From assembly GCA_963788755.1 (NCBI GenBank), contig CAWBHQ010000023.1:1897-65896 (forward strand): a stretch of 64,000 nt of DNA, read 5' to 3'. Within the stretch, counting starts at the first letter, position 1. Each line of letters starts with the position of its first letter. This DNA comes from an uncultured Nitrososphaerales archaeon (GTDB lineage: Archaea > Thermoproteota > Nitrososphaeria > Nitrososphaerales > Nitrososphaeraceae). This document shows positions 40,313 to 51,896 of the stretch, piece after piece. The translations under genes and the position numbers were made by a program. The notes below the pieces were generated by a model. That model was not told where the DNA came from, searched no databases, and was given only the letters and a program-made list of their open reading frames with translations.

Positions 40313-41985
40313 TCACATTAATCTTTGAAACGAATTGAGAAAAGAAGAAAGGTCTATTTCAAAAGCTGCCACAGGTACGCGTATCCTATGACTCTGCCTG
40401 ACGGAGTCGCTAATTTCACCAATTTTACCCACTTCGTTCCCTTCCACCATTATCTTTGCGGCACGACCAGTGGTGTATTCCACCGCATATGAGCTTGGGG
40501 TAGTTACTACATTTTTACCAAAGGCAACTTTCAAAAAGGTCTGCAATATTGATTTGATACTGGTGTAGTCAGCATTATTATAAGCAAGCGCAGCACAGAG
40601 GTGCCATTTTTCAGTTTCAGGTTCTCTTTTTGTAAACACCTTGTCAATCTCAAAGATATTCTGAGGATATGAGGTATGGATATTGTGTCCAAAATTATCC
40701 ATAAGCGAAGGAAGGAGAGAATTGCGCAAGATATCATGTCCAGAAACCTGGGAATTTTCAATCTCAAAAATTGACGATTCTTCAGGCTTCAGACCCATGG
40801 AATCAAACTGCAGAGATCTCGAAACTATAGCGAAGTTTCTAAGCTCCAAAAGCCCAAGCCCAACCAAAACCTCTTTGATTTTATCGATAAGAACTGAATA
40901 GGTGTTCCTATTTCCAGTTACATTAACAATTGGTAACGTCGGTGAAAGTTTTGAGATTCCAAGTCCGATCATCACCTCCTCTATCAAGTCCCTGGTCTGC
41001 CTAACGTCATTTCTGTATCTAGGTACAATACACGTTAACCTCCCATGTGCTGAATTTATAGTGCCTAACCGGCTACGAGCTGCAGCTCTAACAATCTCCT
41101 TTCGAGGAAAATTCGTTCCCAGATATTTATTTATCTCTGTAACGCTGGCTGATACCGACGAGAGACTCATATCAGGGGATTTAGTCGAAGGTCCTCTGGT
41201 TTCACTTAATGTAACGTGATAAACCTTGAATTTCATGTCGTACAATGTTCGGCATATATAGCTGAAATTAGATCGGCCATTTTTGGGTCGATTGCAGTGA
41301 TTTCAACAAATATCCCTTTTGATCGATCGTCCAATCTGGTATTTTTTGAATTCACTATGGGGGGGAATGATACAACTTGCTTTTCGACATCCACCAGGAT
41401 AGGGAACTTGTTTGTATTCCCAAGCAAATACGAATACTTTTTTCCCACCTCCGTTGTGCTCAAGATCGCGTTGAGTGAAAGGGCATGGCTGGAATCCAGA
41501 GGTACAAATGAAGTTTCGGAATCGGACGCTAAGTAACTTAAAGGAAACCTAATCTTATCAAGATTATGCAGACCTATAGATGCAACCTTTCTCTTGTTAC
41601 CTATTCCCGTATGCAAATCTTCTTGCATATCTATTAGCATCTTGATAAGGTCCTTATCTAATTCTATTTCCTTGCCCACCAAGGCCCTAATGTAGGGTCT
41701 GATTGATTTTACCGAACCGCTAATCTTTATCCGAAATTTCTTGTCATTTCTTAATCTATATTTTGGAAGTCCCGTTTCTAATCCAAGATACCCCTTAAGC
41801 GCTCGCACGATTCCGATATAGGATGAAAAGTCTGGTCGATTAGGATTATATTCTAATTTGATGAGTTTATCATCCCTACCTTCTATATCCAGGCCTATGA
41901 AAGGAAGAGAGGCGACGATATCTTCAAGGGAGTTCAGGGGGAATGATTTGGTTAGGATCGTTAGTGGAACTTCTACAACTGGCAT
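40313..41985 (-). CDS. pheT: Phenylalanine--tRNA ligase beta subunit, ~557 aa, 1 frameshift
   Basis: EYNPNRPDF, RPYI, QEDLH, SFPPIVN, PRYRND, LRNSLLPSL, YPQNIFEI; one base missing near 41249. Confidence 0.93.
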
Positions 41986-43484
41986 TTGGGAACGCTCCTT
42001 AACCACTCGATCTTGTTGCTGTAAAGCGTTCTTATGTCATCTAAGTCAAGACGTAACATTGCCAAACGCTCGAGCCCCCCTCCCCAAGCTAGAACTGGAT
42101 TTCTGATTTTCATTGGACGGGTGACTTCATCCCTAAATATTCCCATTCCAAAGAGTTCCAACCATTTGTCGGCTTTTTTGACATATACCATTGATTGTAA
42201 AGATGGTTCAGTATAAGGAAAAAAAGTAGGCCAAAACTTTACTTTTTGGATTCCTAATTTGCGATAGAATTCCGTTTGTAATCCCATTAGATCCCTAACT
42301 GAGGCGTCAGGTTTGGTGACTACTCCTTCAATTTGAAAGAATTCAGAGAGGTGGCCCTTTGTTATTTTTTCATTTCGAAAAACAGACCCCACCGAGAAAA
42401 GCTTTGCCTCATCAGGTTGGCTATCTGCTAGATATTTCAGTGTGACCGGAGTTGTATGGGTACGGAGGACTAGACGGTTGGACTCTTGGATATCCCAGAC
42501 ATTAAGTGAATTTTTGTTATGTATTTTAGAAACATTTGCGATCTGCTCTTTGCTCGCAATTTCCTCTACATTCCTGAGCCCAGAAAGATAGTATGTGTCA
42601 TGCATTTCTCTGGCAGGATGGTCCTGAAGCGTAAACAATGCGTCAAAGTTCCAAAAGGAAGTCTGGATGATGTCACCCTCTATCTCGGTGAATCCCAAGC
42701 TCACGAAAATCTCTTTAATCTCTGCAATTAAATCTGTCAATGGGTGCGTTTTGCCCGGGAACGCAACTTTCACTGCAGCTTCGAGGTCTATTGCAAGGCT
42801 TTCAGGTCGATCTTCGCCTCTAGTCTCTGATTTAACGAACTCTGTCTTGGGGAATTTAGGCACAGCGACCTCCGCACTCGTCGACCTTCCAATTGTTGTT
42901 AATGATACAATAACAGTTTGTCGTTGAATTTTTTTTATATAATTTGGTCTCCTTAGGAGGAGCTCCACACCCTTCTTCTCAAGGTCAGTTAGTTCATTTT
43001 CAGAGATACGCTCTACGTTTCTGAATCGTTTTATAACTTGTTCTTCTGGCGAGGCTTCTGATATTGACTGACTAATCCTTAGATTAGCTCTGTTTGTATC
43101 GCCAGCGGCCGGAATCAACCAATGGTTTTGATCCCTCGCGATCCGAATGGCCGCTCCCAGCTCATCCCTCTCAAACGCCTGTGTCTTTGCAAGCATTGCA
43201 ATCCCTTTATCAGGTTCTAACTGAATAGCACTGACTAGCCTTCTCTCTGGTAACCCATTGAGTAGGGCGGATTTCCCGCGGTAATCTAACTCAAAGAAGA
43301 TAGACGAATTTTGAGTGATCACTATGAGCTCCTTGAATTTTAGCCGTTCCACTCCTCTCCTAACCTGGTCGACAGTCAACTCGCACTTCTCAGACAACGC
43401 TTCAACCGTAAGGGAGCCTTCCTTAGCCAGGAGGTGGAGAATCTTTTTCTCGATGGGATGTAATGCACTTACTTTATAAGTCAT
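41973..43484 (-). CDS. pheS: Phenylalanine--tRNA ligase alpha subunit
   Basis: FWNFDALF..QDHPAREMHDT, LRTHTT, FRNE, FPYTEPS, AWGGGLERLAM; likely start MTYKVS at 43484. Confidence 0.95.
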   Translation of the reverse strand: MTYKVSALHPIEKKILHLLAKEGSLTVEALSEKCELTVDQVRRGVERLKFKELIVITQNSSIFFELDYRGKSALLNGLPERRLVSAIQLEPDKGIAMLAKTQAFERDELGAAIRIARDQNHWLIPAAGDTNRANLRISQSISEASPEEQVIKRFRNVERISENELTDLEKKGVELLLRRPNYIKKIQRQTVIVSLTTIGRSTSAEVAVPKFPKTEFVKSETRGEDRPESLAIDLEAAVKVAFPGKTHPLTDLIAEIKEIFVSLGFTEIEGDIIQTSFWNFDALFTLQDHPAREMHDTYYLSGLRNVEEIASKEQIANVSKIHNKNSLNVWDIQESNRLVLRTHTTPVTLKYLADSQPDEAKLFSVGSVFRNEKITKGHLSEFFQIEGVVTKPDASVRDLMGLQTEFYRKLGIQKVKFWPTFFPYTEPSLQSMVYVKKADKWLELFGMGIFRDEVTRPMKIRNPVLAWGGGLERLAMLRLDLDDIRTLYSNKIEWLRSVPKCQL

Positions 43485-43558
43485 AACTTGTTTTTGATCA
43501 TCTGAGCGAAGAACACTTTTTAAACGTTTAATCAGATTATGGTCGTGAAATAATTCGA

Positions 43559-44740
43559 ATGGGTGTACGTGATGAGGAAATCGAGGAAACAGTAGGGAAT
43601 GAGGCAAGCAAGCTAGAAGGAGGTTACAGTGTGACGCCTTGGCAGGTTGACGGAGTTGTTGACTACAATAAAATTGTCCAAGATTTTGGTACCCAGTTAA
43701 TTACTCCTGAAATTATCGAGAAATTGCAAAAGTTTTCAGGAAACGTTCATCCTCTCCTATCACGTGGCTTCTTCTTTTCTCACAGAGATTTCGAAGTAGT
43801 GCTAGACGCGTACAAAAATGGGGAAAACTTTTACCTTTACACCGGCAGGGGCCCTTCCGGTCATGTTCATATGGGTCACTTGATGCCGTGGTTTTTCACA
43901 AAATATCTTCAAGACACATTTGGATCTAGACTGTTGTTTCAGATTACCGATGATGAAAAATTTCTTTATAGTCAGCACCTCGGCATGAAGGAGGTGGAGA
44001 AGTACGCGTATGACAATATCCTTGATGTTATAGCTATGGGATTTGACCCCAAGCTGACTCGAATTGTAATTGATACAAAAAATATACAAACTTTATATCC
44101 TCTTTATCTAGAGATCTCAAAAAGGTTAACCTTTTCCACTGCAAAGGCAGTATTTGGGTTTAAACCATCGTCTAATATAGGAATGATAGGGTTTCCCGCT
44201 ATTCAGGCTGCCCCTTGCTTTTTGCCATCCTTGATCGAAAAGAAGCCTACTCGCGTGCTGATCCCCGCTGCAATTGATCAAGATCCATACTGGAGGATTA
44301 CAAGAGATATCGCAGAGAAAATGGGATACTATAAACCGGCACAAGTCCATAGTAAGTTTGTACCGAGTCTAGAAATGAATGGTAAGATGTCATCTTCAAA
44401 ACCTTCTGGCGCTATTTTTACAACTGACGACCCAGAAACGATTGAAAGGAAGATTTCAGGAGCATACACAGGGGGGCAACCGTCAGTTGCTTTACAAAGG
44501 ATACTAGGGGGAGATCCGGATTCATGTCCAGTATTCTGGTACCTGGGCCATTTCTTTGATGATGGAAAGGATTCGTTTGAAAGATCTCTAAAATGTAGAA
44601 CCGGTAATTTACTATGTGGAGAATGTAAATCCGATCTCGCCATTCAGACAAAGTCATTCATGTCAGAGTTTACTAAACGGAGGGATCAAGCAAGTAATCA
44701 AGTCCATTCCTTCCTTTATGAGGAAAACCCCTTTGAGTAG
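43559..44740 (+). CDS. trpS: Tryptophan--tRNA ligase
   Basis: VTPW, YTGRGPS, HMGH, DDEKFL, AIDQDPYWR, KMSSS. Confidence 0.96.
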   Translation: MGVRDEEIEETVGNEASKLEGGYSVTPWQVDGVVDYNKIVQDFGTQLITPEIIEKLQKFSGNVHPLLSRGFFFSHRDFEVVLDAYKNGENFYLYTGRGPSGHVHMGHLMPWFFTKYLQDTFGSRLLFQITDDEKFLYSQHLGMKEVEKYAYDNILDVIAMGFDPKLTRIVIDTKNIQTLYPLYLEISKRLTFSTAKAVFGFKPSSNIGMIGFPAIQAAPCFLPSLIEKKPTRVLIPAAIDQDPYWRITRDIAEKMGYYKPAQVHSKFVPSLEMNGKMSSSKPSGAIFTTDDPETIERKISGAYTGGQPSVALQRILGGDPDSCPVFWYLGHFFDDGKDSFERSLKCRTGNLLCGECKSDLAIQTKSFMSEFTKRRDQASNQVHSFLYEENPFE

Positions 44741-45029
44741 ATATACGAGGTACACAGAGGATATCGATTGTGAGGATGAGTACGAAGCTGAGAAACTGAT
44801 GTGGATATTATCCCCAAATAGAGAACAGCATATGCTCAAACATATAACTATTGTGAGCGAGAAAGAGTTGATTTTAGTTTTAGATGATAATAGTTCGCAT
44901 AGCATAATGATGTCGGACAAAGAATCCGCTGAAAGGCTTCAAAAGACTGCAACCATGATACTTTTTGAGGGGAGAAAGCCTCTTTCAATTCGTGCTCATA
45001 GAAACACTGTTCTCATAGATATAGGATAA
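44733..45029 (+). CDS. Hypothetical protein
   Basis: 3' part of ORF 44616-45029; TTG start overlapping the trpS end is more plausible. Confidence 0.55.
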   Translation: MSRYTRYTEDIDCEDEYEAEKLMWILSPNREQHMLKHITIVSEKELILVLDDNSSHSIMMSDKESAERLQKTATMILFEGRKPLSIRAHRNTVLIDIG

Positions 45030-45200
45030 ATTATTCACCTTATTGTCTTCCCGGCAAGCTGCCTACTTTAAACTCATCTTGTTAGCATGGTGGGTGCAAC
45101 TCCCCATTCTAAAACCGGCCGCAATTCTTTAGATAAATGAATAAGATTCATGATGGCAGAAAATGTTCGGTCCTACGATCAAATATTACTATAATCAACT

Positions 45201-45689
45201 CTACTTCCTCAAGACTCTCCCATTTCTGTCAATTTCGCCTAAACGAATTCGAGATGATGAGAGTGGTCGACCGTCTTCTGCCTTTAGCATTGTGACAATA
45301 ACGATTACCAATGGATCGAATCCTTTACTTAACCGAATCCTATTAATTTCATGTCCCTTCGGTTCGGTTTCTTCACTCACTACAAGAGCTTGAAGATTTC
45401 TGTCCAGGCCGGTAGGTCCAAAATCATCATTTAGCTCTTTGATTTCGAATTTGACATTTCCAAACTCATGATGAATGAATTGGACTAATCGTTCTACCCT
45501 AGTTTCGAACCTGTGCCTCAGTCTATTCTTGCCTTTCTTTGCTTCCGCGAAATTATCGCTTGTGACCCCTATCAGAACGTATCTTCCTAATTTGAAAGCC
45601 CGAATTAGCAACTCCCGGTGCCCAGCATGGATTTCATCGAATGTACCTCCTGTGGCTACTAGATCAAATTGTTCTGTTGTCACTTCCAA
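45201..45689 (-). CDS. coaD: Phosphopantetheine adenylyltransferase (archaeal type)
   Basis: GGTFDEIHAGH, GVTSD, LNDDFGP, LVVSEET, PLSSSRIRLGEID. Confidence 0.92.
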   Translation of the reverse strand: MEVTTEQFDLVATGGTFDEIHAGHRELLIRAFKLGRYVLIGVTSDNFAEAKKGKNRLRHRFETRVERLVQFIHHEFGNVKFEIKELNDDFGPTGLDRNLQALVVSEETEPKGHEINRIRLSKGFDPLVIVIVTMLKAEDGRPLSSSRIRLGEIDRNGRVLRK

Positions 45690-45790
45690 GATCTAGCGAG
45701 TATTTAGAATACTGAGCCTAAGATTATTGAACTCATCTCTAACTAACAGCAGGTAGCACATGAAGTGAACTCAATCATTAATTTTCACCG

Positions 45791-46448
45791 TTAACCTTTA
45801 TTGAATATCTTTACACACTGAGGAGGACAGACATTCTCGCATGCCATACAGAATATACAATCCTTTTCTCTAATCATAAATGGTTTCTTTTCAGAGGCAG
45901 GATGTCCAGGAGTATCAAGCCATTCATAGACATTTACAGGGCACGCTTCGATACAAGCTCCATCTGCAACACAGATATCATAATCTACTGTAACTTCTGA
46001 GCCCCAGATACCTAATTGTCCAGGAGGATCCACTTCACCCCAGACCTTTATACCTTGGAATGTTCCAACAACACTACGCTTTGATTTAAAATCAGCGTCA
46101 ATTGGACCTTCAACTTTGGAATAGCTTGTTCCGCTACCCGTTAAAGATATAGTTGTTGCTCCGCCTCCCGATGCCGGAACTTTCATGTCGGGGGTTTGGG
46201 TTACCTGGGGTTGAGGAGGCAGCAACTGACGCTGAAGCTGGTTGCTGTGCTAAAGCCTTGTTAGGAGGAGAAGGTTTTGACGATACCATTTGACCCGGCA
46301 AAGTCTTTTGTCTTTTCACTGGGCACAACTGAGTATGTACTTCTATCATGCTCTGAAGGGTATTTGGGTTCTCATGGAGCAACTGAGATCCACAATCTCC
46401 ACAGACATATTCGTTAGCAGTAACTGGCACAGATCTATATTCTGACAT
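45791..46448 (-). CDS. Ferredoxin with N-terminal zinc-finger extension, ~218 aa, 1 frameshift
   Basis: C-terminal [12 protein letters not shown] and [12 protein letters not shown]; N-terminal CGDC...HTQLC; ORFs 46134-46463 and 45791-46225 overlap in different frames. Confidence 0.8.
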
Positions 46449-46619
46449 GTCATTAATCAACATTTGGTGGGTTCTGCTGGCTATGCTTTTCTAGAATCAG
46501 TGGGCGGTTTGTCGTTGCTGGAATCTGAAGCTGTGCACCTTGAAATTGTCGAGCAGTAGTAACCTCGAATCGATCTATGTTTACTTTCTGAGAAAGATAT
46601 AATATTCTTCATGCACTGA

Positions 46620-47336
46620 TTGGAGATTACGATGTCCGGTCTAGGCAAAACATACTGGCCTGAGATAATCTCAACACTAAGGAGTATCATTCCCATTTAC
46701 AACAGAGTGAATAGAGTGATTTCTCTTGGCAAGGACGCCGACTATAGGAGAATGTGTTTGAATAGACAGCTAAAATTCGGAGATAGGATATTGGACGCGG
46801 GTTCTGGTTTTGGTAATATGTCTAAGTTAGCCAGGATTGAAATGAATGGCGATCTAGAGGTGATTCTGTATGACCCAATTATAGAAATGCTTCGGGTTGG
46901 GAGATCAATTGGAGAGGAATCTGATTTAAGTATTGAATTATCCTCTGGCATTTTTGAATATTTGCCCTTCAGAAACAATATCTTTGATGTAGTATTATGT
47001 GGATATTCATTGAGGGATGCCATTCATCTTAAAGATGCGATAGCAGAATTTCACCGCATTCTGAAGCCTAATGGAAGACTACTGATTGTAGACCTTGGTA
47101 AGCCGGATCAGGTCTTCTTGAATGCTTTCGTTAGTATATATCTGAAATATGTTTTGGGTTTTCTGGCGTTCGCGGTAGCGGGCAGTAAAGGGCTAGGGTT
47201 CAGGGCATTATATGGAACTTACAAACGATGGCCAAAAAATTCAGAACTTAAGAGGATGCTAGAGAGGGAGTTTTCAGAGGTCCAGTTTACTAAGCATATG
47301 TTAGGAGGAGCAGTAATTATAGCTGCAATAAAGTAA
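46620..47336 (+). CDS. menG: UbiE/MenG-family SAM methyltransferase
   Basis: YNRVNRVISLG, ILDAGSGFG, LPFRNNIFD, YSLRD, RILKPNG. Confidence 0.8.
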   Translation: MEITMSGLGKTYWPEIISTLRSIIPIYNRVNRVISLGKDADYRRMCLNRQLKFGDRILDAGSGFGNMSKLARIEMNGDLEVILYDPIIEMLRVGRSIGEESDLSIELSSGIFEYLPFRNNIFDVVLCGYSLRDAIHLKDAIAEFHRILKPNGRLLIVDLGKPDQVFLNAFVSIYLKYVLGFLAFAVAGSKGLGFRALYGTYKRWPKNSELKRMLEREFSEVQFTKHMLGGAVIIAAIK

Positions 47337-47486
47337 CTCTAATATTTGTCTCTAGGGGCCAGGATCATGAGTTATCATTGAATGCCAGTTATTTATTTGG
47401 AATTGGCTCTCTGTAGATCTATTCAATCGAGTCTTGCTTGTCCAAGTAAAGTTAATTAGAAGCCACAAAGTTTCCCACTTTATCTC

Positions 47487-49604
47487 ATGAGCGACAAGAA
47501 AGGAGTTCAAAGAGTTCTTTCAGAGGTCATATCCAGTCCGCACAAGGTAGTCACTGAGGATCTGGCAAAGCAGATCTTATCCGAGTACGGTCTTCAGGTA
47601 CCCCCTTATGTTTTGGTAAACAATGCCCAGCAGGCTGCCAAGGAAAGTGCGACCATTGGATTCCCTCTGGTGGCGAAGGTTGTTTCCCCTATGATACTAC
47701 ACAAGACAGAAGTCATGGGCGTAAAAACAGGGCTTGCTTCTGAAGGTGAGGTGGTGAACGCCTTTAATGACATGTACGACAGACTAAGAAAGGACTTCGA
47801 GATACAAGGGATCTTACTTGAAAAGATGGTGCCTCCAGGTGTGGAGTTAATAGTAGGGTTACAAAACGACCCTCAGTTTGGTCCAGTAATTATGTGTGGA
47901 CTGGGCGGTGTGTATACAGAGTTATTTAAGGATGTAAGTTTTAGGGTCCTGCCGATTGACAAACAAGATGCTCTGGAGATGTTGGAGGAACTTAAAGGAA
48001 AACAAATATTACATGGGTTTAGAGGCAGTCGACCAGTCAATCTGGAGATGGTGGCAGAGTCTCTCGTAAAGATTGGTAGCTTAGGAGTTGACATGGCTCC
48101 TTACTTTGAAAGCGTAGATTTTAACCCAATGACTGTGTATCCAGACAATTACTATATTGTAGACGCAAAAATTCTACTCAGAGAAAAACCGGATAACAGT
48201 ATAATATCCAACGCTCAGCCAAATTCCAGCTACATGGATGTTTTCTTTAACGCCAAATCCATCGCTTTGATTGGAGCGTCTCCTGAAGCAGGGAAAATTG
48301 GAAACTCGGTTCTTGAGAGTCTTTCAAAACATGAGTACAAGGGTAAGATCTTTCCCGTAAACGCCAAGGGGTATCCCGAAATAATGGGTTTAAAGGCTTA
48401 CAAGGGCTTGGATGAGATCCAGGAGTCAATCGACCTCGTTATAGTTACGGTTGATCTAAAGTTTGTTCCAGCCTTGTTACAGACCTGTGGAACTAAGGGA
48501 ATTCACAACATGGTCATTATCTCAGGCGGGGGGAAAGAACTTGGAGGAGAAAGGGCCGATATAGAACAGGAAATAAAGCAACTTTCTCAGGACCTTGGTA
48601 TAAGGATCATAGGCCCTAACTGTATTGGGGTGTTTAACGGCGAGAATCGTTTAGACTGTGCTTTTCAAGGGCATGCGAGAATGGTACGTCCCAAGAATGG
48701 AAAAGTGTCGTTCCTTTCTCAAAGTGGAACGGTTGGAATTGCCTTTATGGAGACTTCAGATACATTCGGAACAAGCAAGATGATTTCTTACGGTAACCGA
48801 TCCGATGTGGATGAAGCAGATATGATATGGTACTTAGCACAAGATCCCAATACTGATGTAATCGGTTTATATGTCGAAGGGTTAGGAGACGGCAGAAAAT
48901 TTGTAGATACTGCAAAGAGAGTGATTTCTGAATACAAAAAACCTGTGGTAGTCTTCAAGAATGGCCGGACGGCAAGGGGAGCAGTTCAGGCCGCGTCCCA
49001 TACAGGTTCATTGGGAGGTTCCTTCGGAGTCGTTAAGGGCGCATTCCAACAATCTGGCATAGTTTCTGTAGATAGTTACGAGGAACTTACCGGATCACTT
49101 AAGGCATTGGCTTGGCAGCCTGTGCCACGTGGCAACAAAGTTGCCATGGTTACTAATGGGGCAGGGCCAATTATAGCGGCTATCGACAGATTTGAAGATC
49201 TCGGACTAAAGCTAGCCACTCTTTCTGAGGAGACCATAAATTTGTTCAAGCAGCACTATCCTGCAACATATGTTCTTGGAAACCCTTTAGATGTGACTGG
49301 TTCAGCTACTGCGGATGACTACAAATTCGCTATTCAGGCCTTTATGGATGACCCGAATGTGGATATCATAATGCCTTGGTTCGTGTTTCAAGACGATCCT
49401 TTAGAGGAGACGATCGTAGATGTCCTCGCAGAGTTTCAAGCGCTGAAAAAGAAACCCATTTTGGTGGGTGCAATGGGAGGTCCATTTACTCGAAAAATAG
49501 CTGCGGCAATAGAAAGCAAAAATATCCCAGTGTACGACTTTGTTTCAACTTGGTCCACGGCTGCTGGAAGCCTTTCGAAATGGCAACTTGTGCGATCTTC
49601 ATGA
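47487..49604 (+). CDS. 3-hydroxypropionyl-CoA synthetase (ADP-forming), 3HP/4HB carbon-fixation cycle
   Basis: N-terminal ATP-grasp then CoA-binding domain; SGGGKELGGERA, RLDCAFQG, AASHTGSL, PWFVFQDDPLEE match the thaumarchaeal enzyme as recalled; 705 aa. Confidence 0.88.
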   Translation: MSDKKGVQRVLSEVISSPHKVVTEDLAKQILSEYGLQVPPYVLVNNAQQAAKESATIGFPLVAKVVSPMILHKTEVMGVKTGLASEGEVVNAFNDMYDRLRKDFEIQGILLEKMVPPGVELIVGLQNDPQFGPVIMCGLGGVYTELFKDVSFRVLPIDKQDALEMLEELKGKQILHGFRGSRPVNLEMVAESLVKIGSLGVDMAPYFESVDFNPMTVYPDNYYIVDAKILLREKPDNSIISNAQPNSSYMDVFFNAKSIALIGASPEAGKIGNSVLESLSKHEYKGKIFPVNAKGYPEIMGLKAYKGLDEIQESIDLVIVTVDLKFVPALLQTCGTKGIHNMVIISGGGKELGGERADIEQEIKQLSQDLGIRIIGPNCIGVFNGENRLDCAFQGHARMVRPKNGKVSFLSQSGTVGIAFMETSDTFGTSKMISYGNRSDVDEADMIWYLAQDPNTDVIGLYVEGLGDGRKFVDTAKRVISEYKKPVVVFKNGRTARGAVQAASHTGSLGGSFGVVKGAFQQSGIVSVDSYEELTGSLKALAWQPVPRGNKVAMVTNGAGPIIAAIDRFEDLGLKLATLSEETINLFKQHYPATYVLGNPLDVTGSATADDYKFAIQAFMDDPNVDIIMPWFVFQDDPLEETIVDVLAEFQALKKKPILVGAMGGPFTRKIAAAIESKNIPVYDFVSTWSTAAGSLSKWQLVRSS

Positions 49605-49705
49605 TTGTATAACGATGGCATTCCAGTAACTACTGATTCATATATAAAAAATGTTCGTTATTTTCAAGCAAAACTTATTATATTTATTCTGACGTACTTC
49701 TTAAC

Positions 49706-50057
49706 ATGGAAAGTGCACAGCAGAGTCAAGCCGTAACTATAACGAACAAGGCTGGCAGAGAAGGTAGCTGAATTTATGAAACAGGAAGGTAATACTAATC
49801 TCTACTTGCGTGTTTATGTATCAGGTGGAGGATGTTCTGGTCTATCGTATGGAATGGGTTTCGAAGAAAAACCTGATGATGACGACAGCGTAATTGAGCA
49901 AAACGGCGTGAAGGTCTTGGTAGACACCTATAGCCAGAGACATTTGAGTGGTGCCAATATTGATTATGTAGAAAGTCTGATGGGATCAGGATTTAAAATT
50001 AACAATCCTAATGTCACCAAGAGTTGCTCTTGTGGGCATTCATTTAGTACCCAGTGA
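49706..50057 (+). CDS. HesB/IscA/ErpA A-type Fe-S carrier, ~116 aa
   Basis: GGCSGLSY, NPN, CSCGHSF; removing one G near 49754 joins ATG49706 (MESAQQSQAVTITNKAAEKV). Confidence 0.92.
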
Positions 50058-50074
50058 TAAAAACTACAAATGGG

Positions 50075-51330
50075 CTACGGCCATAGCCCTCTAATTTTCA
50101 CCGCTTCCACAACCCTATTTACTGCAAGTAACGTGCTAGCCTTTCTCATATTCACGTTGAATTCTTTGTGACTGCTATATACATCGTTGAATGCAGATGA
50201 GATGTTAGAATCCAGCCTAGAATTTACTTCCTCCTCACTCCAGTACTCTCTCCGCAGGTTCTGTAACCATTCAAAATAAGAAACTGTTACTCCACCTCCG
50301 TTGGCAAGAATATCTGGAATGACCAAAACATTGTTACCAAACAGAATATCGTCAGCATCTGGAGTTGTAGGTCCATTTGCTGCTTCCGCAACTATTTTTG
50401 CTTTCACCTTTCCAGCGTTGGATCGTGTAATCTGATTTTCTAACGCGGCTGGAACTAACACAGTGCATTCAAGTTCCAGAAGCTTCGCTATCACCTATCG
50501 AACTGGCACTTTGGAAATCCGTGACTGTACCCTTTCTTCAATTTGTGACTGCGAAGTGAATCGACATTTATTCCATCCCGATTATGAATTGCACCTTTAG
50601 AGTCCGACACTGCAATTACTTTCATTCCCATTTCGGCTAAGAGATTAGCAGCAAATTGTCCAGCATTACCGAACCCTTGAATAGCAACTGAAGCACCTTT
50701 TAAATTGATGCCAAGCTTTTTTGCTGCTTCTCGAACAGTAATTGAGACACCTCGACCAGTGGCTTCATTACGTCCAAGGGAGCCACCGATTGCAAGGGGC
50801 TTACCAGTAATTACATCGGGTTGCAAATAATTCCCCTTAAGAGCCGAATAAGTATCCATTATCCATGCCATTTCCTTTCCCCCGGTATAGACATCGGGGG
50901 CAGGAATATCAGTTAAAGGCCCGATTATATCTGCGATCGCGTAGGCATATCTTCTTGTAATCCTTTCAAGTTCATTCTCTGAAAGCTCTTTCGGGTTGCA
51001 AATTATGCCTCCCTTGCCACCGCCATATGGTATGTTTGCAATAGCACACTTCCAAGTCATCCACATAGATAGTGCCTTAACCTCATCAACGGTAACCTGA
51101 GGGTGGTATCGGATTCCACCCTTGTAAGGCCCTCGCGCAGAATTATGTTGAGATCTAAACCCAGTATAAACCCTTATTTCTCCATTGTCCATCCGTGCTG
51201 GAACTGCTACTGTCAAGACACGACTTGGGCTCGCGAGAATATCCCTCATTCCCTTGTCAAGTTTTGCCAGCTTTGCGGCCTCATCTAGCTGTTTTACAGC
51301 AACTTCAAATGGATTAAGCGATTCTGACAT
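50075..51330 (-). CDS. gdhA: Glutamate dehydrogenase, ~417 aa, 2 frameshifts
   Basis: [51 protein letters not shown]; extra bases near 50531 and 50485. Confidence 0.95.
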
Positions 51331-51356
51331 TAGATCATCAGAAAAATTTGGTGTAT

Positions 51357-51743
51357 TTAAGTGTTGAATTGCTTGATCGAGGTCGGCTTTAGCATCACTT
51401 GGTTTGCAGTTAGTCTGGTTTCCTGCATCTTTCTAGAAACCATATCACGCAGAGAGTCGTCAGACAGGTTTTGGTAATCAATCCCTAATGACTTTGCAAT
51501 TATTTCAAGTTTTTCTCGCTCAGAGGAAAGGGGAGAAATTTTTGGGGCGATCGTTGAGAGATTTGCCGACGACATTTCCCTTTCAATTCCACCTTTTGCT
51601 TTTTGGTATTCTGCCATGGCTTTACCAATCATCCTTGAGAATGAAGGCAAGTTTTTTGAACCAAAGAAAAGGATAATGAACACAAAAGCTATTATGAACC
51701 ACTCGGCACCAGCGATATTCATTTCCATTGATGAGAAAACCAA
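51357..51743 (-). CDS. tatA: Twin-arginine translocase TatA/E
   Basis: EWFII...LFFGSKNLPSFSRMIGKAMAEY. Confidence 0.85.
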   Translation of the reverse strand: MVFSSMEMNIAGAEWFIIAFVFIILFFGSKNLPSFSRMIGKAMAEYQKAKGGIEREMSSANLSTIAPKISPLSSEREKLEIIAKSLGIDYQNLSDDSLRDMVSRKMQETRLTANQVMLKPTSIKQFNT

Positions 51744-51896
51744 TTATGATTTGCCCTCAAGAATCAATGATGCTATTCTCCCTTATTTGGATAATCCTAT
51801 TTTTATCGCATAAGAGAGGGATCTAGAAAAAACGGAACCAGAGCCTTTGGCACAAACAAACGTATCCTTTTAAAGGCGATTGCTTTTTTTCACAGC

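Noticed and set aside
45087-45107. T-arm-like hairpin ATGGTGGGTGCAACTCCCCAT as a tRNA remnant or att site
   Set aside because: No acceptor or anticodon arm, no matching duplicate in the window and no integrase nearby.
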